A stretch of DNA of 64,000 bases. Source: an uncultured Chlorobiota bacterium. GTDB taxonomy: Bacteria; Bacteroidota; Bacteroidia; Bacteroidales; JAADGE01. Shown piece after piece: positions 31,077 through 40,930 of this stretch. The notes below the pieces were generated by a model that worked only from the letters and a program-made list of their open reading frames with translations, was not told the DNA's origin and did not search any database. Made by a program: the position numbers and the translations under genes. Where the stretch lies: the NCBI GenBank assembly GCA_947311255.1, contig CAMZKL010000022.1, forward strand, positions 80,225 to 144,224, written 5' to 3'. Numbering within the stretch: position 1 is the stretch's first letter; each line of letters begins with the position of its first letter.

Positions 31077-32255
31077 ATGAAAGCCGAAAATTACCATAAA
31101 ATATTTGAAGAAAAAAAATGTTGTGTGTTAATCCCAACTTATAATAATGCACTTGTTTTAGGAAAAGTCATTAAAAATGTTTTGAAATACACTAAAAATG
31201 TGATTGTAGTTAATGATGGCTCAACGGATAATACTCTTAATGTTTTAAATAAATTTTCTGAAATTAAAGTAAAAACCTATAAAAAAAACAAAGGGAAAGG
31301 CTTTGCTCTTAGAACAGGTTTTAAATTTGCCGAAAAACTTGGCTATGAATATGCAATTTCAATTGATTCCGACGGGCAACATTACGCTTCAGATTTGCCA
31401 CAATTCCTCCTTAAACTTAACAAAAACAAAAATGCAATAATCATTGGAGCTAGGAATATGGATGGACAAGACCAAAAACAAGGTAGTAGTTTTGCAAATA
31501 AATTTTCTAATTTTTGGTTCAGAATTGAAACGGCTATTAAACATCCCGACACACAATCCGGTTATCGCCTCTATCCTTTAAAAAAAGTTAATAAACTAAG
31601 ATACTATTCAAATAAATATGAATTTGAGATTGAAGTTATTGTTCGCAATTCTTGGCAAGGTGTTGATATTAAAGCTGTTCCAATAGAAGTTTTTTACCCG
31701 GAAGAATCCGAAAGAATTACACACTTCAGACCATTTAAAGATTTTTTCAGAATTAGTGTTTTAAATACAATTTTAGTAGTTTGTGCTATAATATTTGGTC
31801 TTCCGGCAAGATTGTTTCACAACATAAGAAAGAAAGGATTTAAACGTATTTTAAAAGAAGACATTCTTCAAACCAAAGACAGCAATATTAAAATTGCAAT
31901 AGCAATAGGCTTTGGTTTTTTCATGGGAATTATTCCTATTTGGGGTTGGCAAGTAATTGTGTCTCTGGCACTTTCACAATATTTTAAACTTAACAAAGCA
32001 ATTGTAGTTCTTGCAGCAAACATAAGTATTCCGCCAATGATTCCTTTTATTTTATTCGGAAGTTTTTATACAGGGGCATTAGTTTTAAATAAAAATATTG
32101 ATTTACTTCATTTTACATCTGAGATAAATCTTAAAACTGTTTCTCAGGACTTATTTCAGTATATAATAGGTGCTTTTGTGTTAGCAATAACTACTGGATT
32201 TTTAACTTTTTTAATTTCTTTCTTTTTATTAAAGGTTTTTCGAAAAGAAAAATAA
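31077..32255 (+). CDS. family 2 glycosyltransferase (polyprenyl-phosphate glycosyltransferase-like) fused to a DUF2062-like membrane domain
   Basis: CCVLIPTYNN, VNDGSTDNT, KNKGKGFALRTGF and SIDSDGQH (DPM1/GtrB/ArnC-like). The C-terminal ~130 aa has 3-4 TM helices (IAIAIGFGFFMGIIPIWGWQ). Confidence 0.8.
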   Translation: MKAENYHKIFEEKKCCVLIPTYNNALVLGKVIKNVLKYTKNVIVVNDGSTDNTLNVLNKFSEIKVKTYKKNKGKGFALRTGFKFAEKLGYEYAISIDSDGQHYASDLPQFLLKLNKNKNAIIIGARNMDGQDQKQGSSFANKFSNFWFRIETAIKHPDTQSGYRLYPLKKVNKLRYYSNKYEFEIEVIVRNSWQGVDIKAVPIEVFYPEESERITHFRPFKDFFRISVLNTILVVCAIIFGLPARLFHNIRKKGFKRILKEDILQTKDSNIKIAIAIGFGFFMGIIPIWGWQVIVSLALSQYFKLNKAIVVLAANISIPPMIPFILFGSFYTGALVLNKNIDLLHFTSEINLKTVSQDLFQYIIGAFVLAITTGFLTFLISFFLLKVFRKEK

Positions 32256-32328
32256 TTTTCTTAACTTTTTTATATTTTTCAAGTTTTTATATCTATATTT
32301 GGTAGATTAAACTAAACAGAATAAATCT

Positions 32329-32697
32329 ATGTATATTAAAGATACAAAAGGGAGTCCGTCTATTTACATTTCAATAGAAGAATGTAAATTTGAAATAAAA
32401 GGCTCGTCATATTCAGAATCTGTTGACAAATTATTTGATGATATAATTAATTTGGTTGAGAAAGAAATCCCAAATCTTTCTTGTGAATTGGATTGTATTT
32501 TTAAACTTTATGTTATAAGTAGTATAACTCAAAAGAAAATTCTATACTTAGTTTCAAGGCTAAATAACTTTTTTAAATCTGGCAAGAAAATAAAAATTTC
32601 ATGGTATGTCTATGATGATGAAGACAATCTCGAATTTGCAGAAGAATTAATTGATATTTTTAATATTCCAATAAAAATTTTTGATGAAGCGGAATAG
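32329..32697 (+). CDS. divergent DUF1987/SiaC-like protein
   Basis: 122 aa. Collinear with the two clearer paralogs in this window: ...FEIKGSSYSES...LF.DI...V; KISWYVYDDEDNLEFAEE vs INWHYEEDDEDMLEAGED. The YFNTSSSK region is replaced by LYVISSITQKK. Confidence 0.6.
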   Translation: MYIKDTKGSPSIYISIEECKFEIKGSSYSESVDKLFDDIINLVEKEIPNLSCELDCIFKLYVISSITQKKILYLVSRLNNFFKSGKKIKISWYVYDDEDNLEFAEELIDIFNIPIKIFDEAE

Positions 32698-32752
32698 TTT
32701 CTAAAAAGATATAGACAGAAAAAATTAAGTTATAAAAATAATATTTTCAAAA

Positions 32753-35065
32753 TTGAAAAAAATAAAATCATTATTTAAAATTAATATTAACAATGAGATT
32801 AAAAGAAAAAAATTTTTAGTTTTTCTTTTCTCTTTTACTGCATTAATTCCACTTACAATGTTTGGAGTGGGAGGACTAATGTCAGGAAAGATAGTATATA
32901 GTATATACATTTTCATATTCTGGATAATTACATTTTCTAATATTATCTTTCTTTATTTTTCAAATAAAGTTAATATCTCTGCACATATTATTATTATATT
33001 AATGTTTATTTTTTCTATAATAATATTTACTTTTCTGGGTGTAGGTGTTGCTGATTTATTTTGGTTTTATATTTTTTCAACTTTAGCAATATCACTAACA
33101 AATTATAAAAGAGGTGCTATTTACTCTTTGTTTTTTTTACTAACATCAATATCAATCTACCTTTTTTTTCCTGAACTTCTAACAAATAGTTATACTCCAA
33201 GTTTAATATTAAGATTTGTTGTTTCTTATATAATTTTAAATATCCTGATTATAACCATTGAATATTCAAGGGAGAAAACTCAAAAAAACTTAAAAAAAAC
33301 TTTATATGACTTAAAGAAAACTAACGATGAGCTTACAATATCTGACAATGAACAAAAATTAATAAATGATGAATTGTTTTTAGTGAACAAAAAATTAAAA
33401 GAAAATGAAAAACGTTTAAATTTAGCTCAAAAAGCTGGAAAAATTGGAACTTGGGAATGGAATGTTAAAACCGGCGATGTTATTTGGACTGATATAACAT
33501 ATGAAATTTTTGGGAAAGAAAATACAGGAAAAAAACTAAAATATGAAGAGTTTTTAAACTATATTTATCAAAAAGACACAGATAGAATCCTAAAAGAATT
33601 AGATTTAGCAATTAAAAAGAATACCAAAATTCACAAAACAGAATATCGTATTATAAAAGGCAATAAAATCCACTACATAGATGCAACTTATGAAATAAGA
33701 AAAGACAAAAAAGGTAATCTTATCCAAATGGTTGGTGTTCTTCAAGATATAACTGAAATAAAAAATACGGAAAAAGAAATAAAACATAAAAACAAACAAC
33801 TTTCTGCAAAAACAGAAGAGCTAAAACAAAACAATGAAGTACTTTTAAATGCACATGAAAAAATTGCAAGCCAATATAAATTATTAAAAGAAACGATTAA
33901 AAAATATGATTTGTTAGCAAACTCCATGAGTGACTTTATATGGATGCTGTCTTTTGATATTGAACCATTATATATAAGCCCTTCTTGTAAAAAATTCTTG
34001 GGCTATAGTATTGAAGAAATTAAAACATTCGGTCTAGCAAAAATTCACACAAAAGAATCTCAACTCAAAATTAACAAATTAATTGAAAACACAGTAGAAT
34101 TGAGAAACAATCCGGATGCCGCAAAAGGAATAACAACTGAAATTGAATATATACATAAAGATGGACATATAATTATTGCGGAAGTTATGGCTTATCTTAT
34201 TTATGATAAAAACAACAAAGCTATTTCAATAGGAGGAATTTCAAGAGACATTACACAAAGAAGGCAAACAGAATTGGAATTGGCAGAAAGCAATAAAAAA
34301 ATTACTTCTGCACATAAAGACATATTAGACAATCTTAGATATGCAAAAAAAATACAAGATGCACTTTTATCGAAAACAGAATTGATAGACAAACTTTTTA
34401 ATAACTATTTTCTAATATTTCAACAAAAATTCTCGGTTGGAGGAGATTTTTACTATGTAAATAAAGTAAAAGAGCAAATAATATTTGCGGTTGGTGATTG
34501 CACAGGACATGGAATTTCGGGAGGCTTCCTTAGTATGATTGCTATTACCTATCTTCATGAAATTGCAAGAACAGGAAGTGGAGAAAACACAGGAAAAGCA
34601 TTAGATTTAATACGCCAACGCTTTAAAAAAACAAACAAAACATTTGGAAGCAATAATCCTGATGGCTTTAATATTTCTCTTTGCAATGTAGATTCTAAAA
34701 CAAATATTATGAGATATTCGGGGGCTTATCATCCTTTAATAATAATTCGTAATAACGAGTTAATTGAATATAAAGCAAATAGAAACCCAATAGGTTTTCA
34801 TTATAATGAAACTAATTTTAAAACCATAGAAATTCAGCTTCAAAAAAATGATAAGATATATCTTTTCTCTGACGGATATTACGACCAAATAAACCCCGAA
34901 GGGAAGAAAATAGGTAAAAAACAATTTAAAAACATTATTACAGAAAATAGTTCATTATCTTTTAAAGATCAAGAGATAATATTCAGAGAATATTTTAATA
35001 ACTGGCAACAGGAACAAGAACAAATTGATGATGTTACTTTTTTAGGAATAAATTGGGAAACATAA
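32753..35065 (+). CDS. membrane sensor PP2C (SpoIIE-type) Ser/Thr phosphatase with coiled coil and two PAS domains (SiaA-like role)
   Basis: About 6 N-terminal TM helices, a coiled coil, two PAS-like blocks (GTWEWNV..., ...SRDITQRRQTE), and a C-terminal PP2C (GGDFYY, GDCTGHGISGGFLSMI, FSDGYYDQ, DDVTFLGI). Apparent TTG start. Confidence 0.85.
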   Translation: MKKIKSLFKININNEIKRKKFLVFLFSFTALIPLTMFGVGGLMSGKIVYSIYIFIFWIITFSNIIFLYFSNKVNISAHIIIILMFIFSIIIFTFLGVGVADLFWFYIFSTLAISLTNYKRGAIYSLFFLLTSISIYLFFPELLTNSYTPSLILRFVVSYIILNILIITIEYSREKTQKNLKKTLYDLKKTNDELTISDNEQKLINDELFLVNKKLKENEKRLNLAQKAGKIGTWEWNVKTGDVIWTDITYEIFGKENTGKKLKYEEFLNYIYQKDTDRILKELDLAIKKNTKIHKTEYRIIKGNKIHYIDATYEIRKDKKGNLIQMVGVLQDITEIKNTEKEIKHKNKQLSAKTEELKQNNEVLLNAHEKIASQYKLLKETIKKYDLLANSMSDFIWMLSFDIEPLYISPSCKKFLGYSIEEIKTFGLAKIHTKESQLKINKLIENTVELRNNPDAAKGITTEIEYIHKDGHIIIAEVMAYLIYDKNNKAISIGGISRDITQRRQTELELAESNKKITSAHKDILDNLRYAKKIQDALLSKTELIDKLFNNYFLIFQQKFSVGGDFYYVNKVKEQIIFAVGDCTGHGISGGFLSMIAITYLHEIARTGSGENTGKALDLIRQRFKKTNKTFGSNNPDGFNISLCNVDSKTNIMRYSGAYHPLIIIRNNELIEYKANRNPIGFHYNETNFKTIEIQLQKNDKIYLFSDGYYDQINPEGKKIGKKQFKNIITENSSLSFKDQEIIFREYFNNWQQEQEQIDDVTFLGINWET

Positions 35066-35076
35066 AAAAAATTATC

Positions 35077-35943
35077 ATGAAAGATATTTTAAATAAAAAC
35101 AAAATAAAAAAAGAGGCTCAACAATTAGATATTGAACAAATTATTCGAAATCAAAAGAATAAAACTGTTAGAAATCTTCCAAAGTTTATAATTTGGTTTT
35201 TAAAAAAATCTTTTCATCAAACAGAAATAAATATTATCCTTAAAAAAAACAAAAATTTATACGGAGCTAATTTTGTAAATGGAGTTCTAAGACATTTAAA
35301 TGTAAAAATTAAAGCATTTAATGAAGACCTTATTCCTGAAAAAGGAAATTTTATTTTTGCAAGCAATCATTCTATGGGAGGAATTGACTTTGGAGTTGTG
35401 TATTCTAAAATTCAAGAAAAATTTAAGAATGTAAAATTAATTGCCAATGAAATGTTTTTGCATGTAGAAAATGCAAAAGAAATTTTCTTGCCTGTTAGTG
35501 TTATTGAGAAAAACGAAAAGCATAAAAAAGATGCAATTGTAGAACATCTTGAAAAAGAAGATTCTCACATCCTTATTTTTCCAGCAGGTAAAGTTGCCAG
35601 AATGGTAAAAAACAAATTAGACGATGGATTTTGGCATAGAAGTTTTATTAGGAATGCAATTGAACACAAAAGAGATATTATTCCGATATTTGTTGGTGGC
35701 AGAAATTCCAAAAAATTTTACAGATTAGCAAAAATAAGAACTTTTTTAGGCATTAAGGCTAATTTAGAATTCTTTTTGCTACCGGGTGAAGTTTTTAAGC
35801 AACGCAATGCAACAATCCCAATTGTTTACGGAAAACCTATTCCACATTCAACTTTTGATGATTCTAAAACCCATTTAGAATGGGCAGCAGAAGTAAAAAA
35901 AGCAGTCTATGATTTAGAAAAAAAATATTTGGGAAATAATTAA
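35077..35943 (+). CDS. lysophospholipid acyltransferase (PlsC-like) family protein
   Basis: FIFASNHSMGGIDF and ILIFPAGKVARM motifs. ATG 35077 is preferred over the overlapping TTG at 35053. Confidence 0.7.
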   Translation: MKDILNKNKIKKEAQQLDIEQIIRNQKNKTVRNLPKFIIWFLKKSFHQTEINIILKKNKNLYGANFVNGVLRHLNVKIKAFNEDLIPEKGNFIFASNHSMGGIDFGVVYSKIQEKFKNVKLIANEMFLHVENAKEIFLPVSVIEKNEKHKKDAIVEHLEKEDSHILIFPAGKVARMVKNKLDDGFWHRSFIRNAIEHKRDIIPIFVGGRNSKKFYRLAKIRTFLGIKANLEFFLLPGEVFKQRNATIPIVYGKPIPHSTFDDSKTHLEWAAEVKKAVYDLEKKYLGNN

Positions 35944-35974
35944 TCTATTGTACTTTTAGCTTTACACCTTCAAC

Positions 35975-37612
35975 TTATGGACTTCTTTTCCAAAAAACAT
36001 AACCGTTTTTTTCGTACAATTTTTTAAATTTCGGATAATATTCTGCAAAATCTTCATCTTTATTATTTCTACAAGTAACATAAACAGTCTTGTTTATTTT
36101 TCCATTTAAAAGTAATTCTTCATCTTTAATATCAGTTTTCTTTGGCTGTTTACTCTTAGTGTAGAAATGCTGAGCATAGGATTTCATTCCATATGTTATA
36201 AAATATGCATCTTCATTTTGATGCTTTTCATAAAACTCAATAGCAGATTTTTGAGATATTTTCTCAACTTCCGGGACTATAATTAAAATTGCTAAATTTG
36301 TAAAAATAGCAACAATAGAAAAGATTAAAATAACCTTAATAAAATATCTATTTTTGAAATAAACTAATAAAAAAATAATTCCTAAAATTAAGAACACTCC
36401 TAACAAAAACTCAAATCCTGTCCATGAAGTTGTTGCCTGCAAATTGCCATTAGTAAACTCATCATTAATAATTTCGGATGATATTATTTTTAAATGATTT
36501 TGACCAATATATTGTATAATTGCAACAGCAAACCCAAAAACAGTTGCAACAAAAATTAATATTGCAGAAATAATCTTAGACTGTTTAAAATCTTTTATTT
36601 CTGTTTTATATATAGAATATGCTGCTAAAAAAGTTAAGGGAAAATATGCAAGAGAAGAATAATGAACAATTTTTGTTTTCACAATACTGAATAAAATTAA
36701 AACTACCCAAAATAAAATCATCATAGTTTTTTTAAAAACTTTCTGTTTAACTTGTTTTGATTTGTCATTAAAAAACGATTTTAAGGCAAAAATTGATGCC
36801 GGAAAAACCCCAAAAAATAATATTACAAAATGGTATGCAGGAAAACCACCATGACCTGCATCTTTGGTTTCAAAAAGGCGTATTTGATAAATAATAAAAT
36901 CATAAAGTATAGTATAATTTCCACTTAAAATCTGAAGAATAAACCAAAAACCTCCAATAAAAATAAAAATTAATGAAAATATTAAAATATCCACAAATTT
37001 CAAACGAACTTTAAACCGTTTTGAAATAAGAAACACAAATTCTGTCAGCAAAAAAATAAGAAGTGCAACTGGTCCTTTTGTTAAAGTTGCAAGACCAATA
37101 AAAACGGCAGACAAAACAACAAACTTTCTTTTTGCTATATCATCTGAGAGGTATTTCATAAAGAAATATATCCCAAGAAAAATAAATAAATTGAACCAAG
37201 GGTCGATAATCCCCGATTTGAAATAAAAATGAGGAAGTACAGAGCCAACATATGCAAAAACCCAAATAATTCCAAACTTATCATCAAAATACTTTTTTCC
37301 AATATTAAAAATAAGCAATAAAGTAATTATTCCGGCTAAAGCATTCGGAAAACGTGCTGCAAATTCATTTACTCCAAAAAATTTCATTGAAACTACTTGC
37401 ATCCAAATAAAAAGAGGAGGTTTTTCCCAAAAAAACTCATAATTAATTTGAACATTCAGATAATCTCCGCTTACAATCATTTCTCTTGCAGATTCTGCAA
37501 AATTTATTTCGTCCCAATCAAAAAGATGTACATTCCCTAAAAATGGAATAAAGAACAATGAGGCAATTAAGACAATAAGTATATATATATATTTAGAAGA
37601 TATTTTTGGCAT
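35975..37612 (-). CDS. ArnT/PMT-like family 39 glycosyltransferase (polyprenyl-phosphate-sugar dependent)
   Basis: 545 aa with about 12 TM helices. The first-loop motif DWDEINFAESAREM is typical of ArnT-like GT-C enzymes. Confidence 0.8.
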   Translation of the reverse strand: MPKISSKYIYILIVLIASLFFIPFLGNVHLFDWDEINFAESAREMIVSGDYLNVQINYEFFWEKPPLFIWMQVVSMKFFGVNEFAARFPNALAGIITLLLIFNIGKKYFDDKFGIIWVFAYVGSVLPHFYFKSGIIDPWFNLFIFLGIYFFMKYLSDDIAKRKFVVLSAVFIGLATLTKGPVALLIFLLTEFVFLISKRFKVRLKFVDILIFSLIFIFIGGFWFILQILSGNYTILYDFIIYQIRLFETKDAGHGGFPAYHFVILFFGVFPASIFALKSFFNDKSKQVKQKVFKKTMMILFWVVLILFSIVKTKIVHYSSLAYFPLTFLAAYSIYKTEIKDFKQSKIISAILIFVATVFGFAVAIIQYIGQNHLKIISSEIINDEFTNGNLQATTSWTGFEFLLGVFLILGIIFLLVYFKNRYFIKVILIFSIVAIFTNLAILIIVPEVEKISQKSAIEFYEKHQNEDAYFITYGMKSYAQHFYTKSKQPKKTDIKDEELLLNGKINKTVYVTCRNNKDEDFAEYYPKFKKLYEKNGYVFWKRSP

Positions 37613-37614
37613 TT

Positions 37615-38283
37615 CTATACATTCAAATAATTCATAAACTCTTCATATCTTTCTTCAAGGAGCTCGTCAAGCTCAGTACTACCGGAATTTGAATAACTAA
37701 TTTTATAATTATACCTTTCAAATGTTTGCTCAATTGCAGAAAAATCATTCAAATTAATTTTTATTGTAACATCAAGTTTTGTAGAGTCTTTATAAGTTGC
37801 AGTATATAAATTTAAAATTTTAGCATTATTACCTTCAATTATTTGAGAAATTTGAGAAAGAGAATAATCTTGAATACTCATTTCAAGAACAAAAACAGTA
37901 CCTGTATTTTCCGAAGAAGTAATTCTTCCGATATAGTTAATAATATCATGTATGCAAACTGCACCAATATATTTTTCTTTTCTGTTTAAAACAGGAACAA
38001 CGGACACATTTAGTTTAGAAAAAATTTTTATAATATCAAAAGCGTGCTGATTTTCATATACAAATGGTCTAATCAAAACTTTTTTATAAGTTTCAAATGA
38101 TTTCTCCATTAAATCAAAATCAAAAATTTCGTTTTCCGATAGAAGTCCAAAATACTCATTTCCATTGTTAATCAAAGGTATATGAGAAACTTTAAAGATA
38201 TCCATTTTTGAAATTGCTTGTTTGCCTATTTCATTAATGTATATTGAAGGAAATATATCAGATATTAATTCTTTTGCTTGCAT
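37615..38283 (-). CDS. CBS domain pair protein with C-terminal ACT-like region
   Basis: Two CBS-like repeats (VSHIPLINNGNEYFGLLSENEI; VSVVPVLNRKEKYIGAVCIHDI). Its stop lies 2 nt before the GT39 start. Confidence 0.7.
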   Translation of the reverse strand: MQAKELISDIFPSIYINEIGKQAISKMDIFKVSHIPLINNGNEYFGLLSENEIFDFDLMEKSFETYKKVLIRPFVYENQHAFDIIKIFSKLNVSVVPVLNRKEKYIGAVCIHDIINYIGRITSSENTGTVFVLEMSIQDYSLSQISQIIEGNNAKILNLYTATYKDSTKLDVTIKINLNDFSAIEQTFERYNYKISYSNSGSTELDELLEERYEEFMNYLNV

Positions 38284-38534
38284 TTTTTAAATATTTGAAA
38301 ACTGTAAAATACATAAAAGTTAAGTCTAAAAAGTTTAAAAACTCGAAAAATAAATTTGTCAGGCTTTATTAATTGACTATAAATCAGCAATTAAACATTT
38401 TAGCATTTTGAATATGCCACCCTAACAGGACTTTTTAGACCAAGATTATATGATTTTACCATAGTAAATAGTAAATTAGTTTTGTTTGTTATAAAATTCA
38501 TGTAAGTACTTTTATATTTAATTCAAAAAAATAG

Positions 38535-38542
38535 TACTTTTG
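38535..38542 (+). promoter_or_regulatory. -7 box TACTTTTG for pdxJ
   Basis: Exact TAnnTTTG match 53 nt upstream of ATG 38595. Confidence 0.45.
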
Positions 38543-38594
38543 CATTCTATATAAACATCAAAATTATTATTAAATTATTTCAGAACAAAACAAA

Positions 38595-39308
38595 ATGACA
38601 CGATTAAGTGTAAATATTAATAAAATTGCAACAATTAGAAATGCAAGAGGAGGCAATAATCCTGATTTAATAAAAGTTGCAATAGATTGCGAAAAGTTTG
38701 GAGCACAAGGAATTACAGTGCATCCAAGACCAGATGAAAGACACATAAGATATGATGATGTATATAAATTAAAAGAAGTTGTAGAAACTGAATTTAATAT
38801 TGAAGGTTACCCAAATAAACGATTTATTGACTTGGTTTTAGAAATTAAGCCAGAGCAAGTTACTTTGGTTCCTGATTCTCCGGATGTTTTAACTTCAAAT
38901 GCAGGTTGGGACACCATTAATAACAAGAGTTTTTTAAAAGATATTATTTCTGAATTTAAAAATGCCGGTATAAGAACATCAATTTTTATTGAAACTGATA
39001 TTTCCTTAATTGAAAATGCAAAAGATATTGGAACAGATAGAATTGAATTATATACTGAACCCTATGCTGAAAATTTCTTTAAGAACAAAGAAAATGCCAT
39101 TTTACCTTTTTCAAAAGCAGCAAAAAGAGCTTCTGAAATAGGTTTAGAAATAAATGCAGGACATGATTTAGACCTTGACAACCTAAAATATTTCAATAAA
39201 AATATTCAAAGTTTAAAAGAAGTTTCAATTGGTCATGCTCTTATTTCTGATGCATTATATTTTGGTTTGCATAACACAATACAAATGTACCTTAATCAGT
39301 TAAAATAA
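38595..39308 (+). CDS. pdxJ: pyridoxine 5'-phosphate synthase
   Basis: [29 protein letters not shown] and NAGHDL motifs; 237 aa. Confidence 0.95.
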   Translation: MTRLSVNINKIATIRNARGGNNPDLIKVAIDCEKFGAQGITVHPRPDERHIRYDDVYKLKEVVETEFNIEGYPNKRFIDLVLEIKPEQVTLVPDSPDVLTSNAGWDTINNKSFLKDIISEFKNAGIRTSIFIETDISLIENAKDIGTDRIELYTEPYAENFFKNKENAILPFSKAAKRASEIGLEINAGHDLDLDNLKYFNKNIQSLKEVSIGHALISDALYFGLHNTIQMYLNQLK

Positions 39309-39387
39309 TGATTTAACATATAATCTCTAAAAGAAATCAGTATAATAATATTTAAATTTACATAAAAAAAACCAAAAAAACATAAAG

Positions 39388-40266
39388 ATGAACACAATTT
39401 CAAAAGTAACATTATTCATAGTAATTCTTGAGGCAATAGTAATTGGCTGGTTGGTATGGGATAAATTTCAACAGGAAGAAATTATTAAAGAAACAAGCAC
39501 AGAACTAGTTCAGGTAAAAAGTGAAAAAGCTCTTATCGAAGAGGATCTTGAAGCAATGCAAATTCAATACGATGGATTAAAAACTAACAATAAAGAATTA
39601 AACCAAAAGTTAGAAATTGAAAAAGAGAAAATTAGTGAAGCATTAAGACAGCTAAGGGGAGTTAAACAAACAAATTATGCAAAAATAAAACAACTTAAAG
39701 ATGAAACTGAAACTTTAAAATCTATAATGAAAGATTTTGTTAAACAAATTGACAAATTAAACGTTGAGAACAAAAAATTACATTCCGAAAATATCGAAAT
39801 AAAACAAAATTATGATAGTGTAATTGCAAAAACAGATTCATTAAACATTGTAAAAGATAGCCTATCTAATCAAATTAAAATTGCAAAAGTTTTAAAAGCA
39901 GAAAACATTTCTATTTTAATTATGAACAAAAGAGATAAGAAAACCAGCAAAGCTAAAAAGCTAAAGAAAATTAAAGTCTGTTTTACAATAGACGATAATG
40001 TACTAGCAAAAAAAGGAACAAGATACGCATATATTAGAATTGCAGCACCTGATGGTATAATATTAATGAGTGATGAATCTGGAATGTTTAAATATAAAAA
40101 TAAAGAAATTGCTTACTCATCAAAAAGAGAATTAACATACGAAGGTAGCAAAACAAATGTTTGCGTTTTCTGGACAGCAAATGCTGAACAATCAGAAGGA
40201 AGATATGATGTGGATATTTTCATGGATGGAAACCCAATTGGAGAAAAACAATTTATTTTGAAATAA
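39388..40266 (+). CDS. hypothetical membrane-anchored coiled-coil protein
   Basis: One N-terminal TM helix, about 150 aa of heptad-like coiled coil, and a ~110 aa C-terminal globular domain. No family recognised. Confidence 0.55.
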   Translation: MNTISKVTLFIVILEAIVIGWLVWDKFQQEEIIKETSTELVQVKSEKALIEEDLEAMQIQYDGLKTNNKELNQKLEIEKEKISEALRQLRGVKQTNYAKIKQLKDETETLKSIMKDFVKQIDKLNVENKKLHSENIEIKQNYDSVIAKTDSLNIVKDSLSNQIKIAKVLKAENISILIMNKRDKKTSKAKKLKKIKVCFTIDDNVLAKKGTRYAYIRIAAPDGIILMSDESGMFKYKNKEIAYSSKRELTYEGSKTNVCVFWTANAEQSEGRYDVDIFMDGNPIGEKQFILK

Positions 40267-40294
40267 AAAATATTAAATAATTATTTTTTTTTTA

Positions 40295-40302
40295 TATATT
40301 TG
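40295..40302 (+). promoter_or_regulatory. -7 box TATATTTG upstream of the SiaB-like gene
   Basis: Exact TAnnTTTG match 29 nt upstream of ATG 40331. Confidence 0.4.
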
Positions 40303-40330
40303 AACAATCTTTTAAAACACACCTTCTTTT

Positions 40331-40882
40331 ATGGCTTTTGAACTTGAAAAGTGGTATAACAAAAACAAAAACGAAAATACACTATTGTCATATATGGGAA
40401 AAATTTCTGAGAAAGAAGTCAACCAAATATTAGACAATATTGATGATGTTTTGTCAAAAAAGGAAGAAAAAAGAAAGGTAATTAAAAAAATATATAATGT
40501 TGCTATTGAGACTTTGCAAAATTTATATCATCATGCAGACATCTCAACTGACAAGCATATTAATACAGAAATACCAAAAAATAATATCGCTTTTCTTTTA
40601 GAACATTTAAAAGATGAAAAATATCTAATTATTACAGGAAATTTTATTAGAAAAACAAATACAAGATTATTAAAAGAACGAATTGACCAATTAAATTTTT
40701 TGTCCAAAGAAGAAGTTAAATCGCTCTACCGTTTAATTTTAAATAACGAAGAATTTTCTAACAAAGGAGGAGGAGGACTTGGAATAATTGATTTAATTAA
40801 GCGAACAGGCAATAACATAGGCTATGATTTTTATTATTTTAATAAAGATTACATTTTTTTTAGCTTAAGAATTGCAATTTAA
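40331..40882 (+). CDS. SiaB-family (HATPase-like, anti-sigma-kinase-like) protein kinase
   Basis: 183 aa. LSYMGKIS..., KKIYNVAIETLQNLYHH and the G-rich lid NKGGGGLGIIDLIKRTGN followed by FFSLRIAI match what I recall of SiaB-family kinases. Sits immediately upstream of a DUF1987 gene. Confidence 0.75.
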   Translation: MAFELEKWYNKNKNENTLLSYMGKISEKEVNQILDNIDDVLSKKEEKRKVIKKIYNVAIETLQNLYHHADISTDKHINTEIPKNNIAFLLEHLKDEKYLIITGNFIRKTNTRLLKERIDQLNFLSKEEVKSLYRLILNNEEFSNKGGGGLGIIDLIKRTGNNIGYDFYYFNKDYIFFSLRIAI

Positions 40883-40930
40883 GATTAACATTATTAAATT
40901 TGTAAAATAAGAAAAACAATATACACAACT

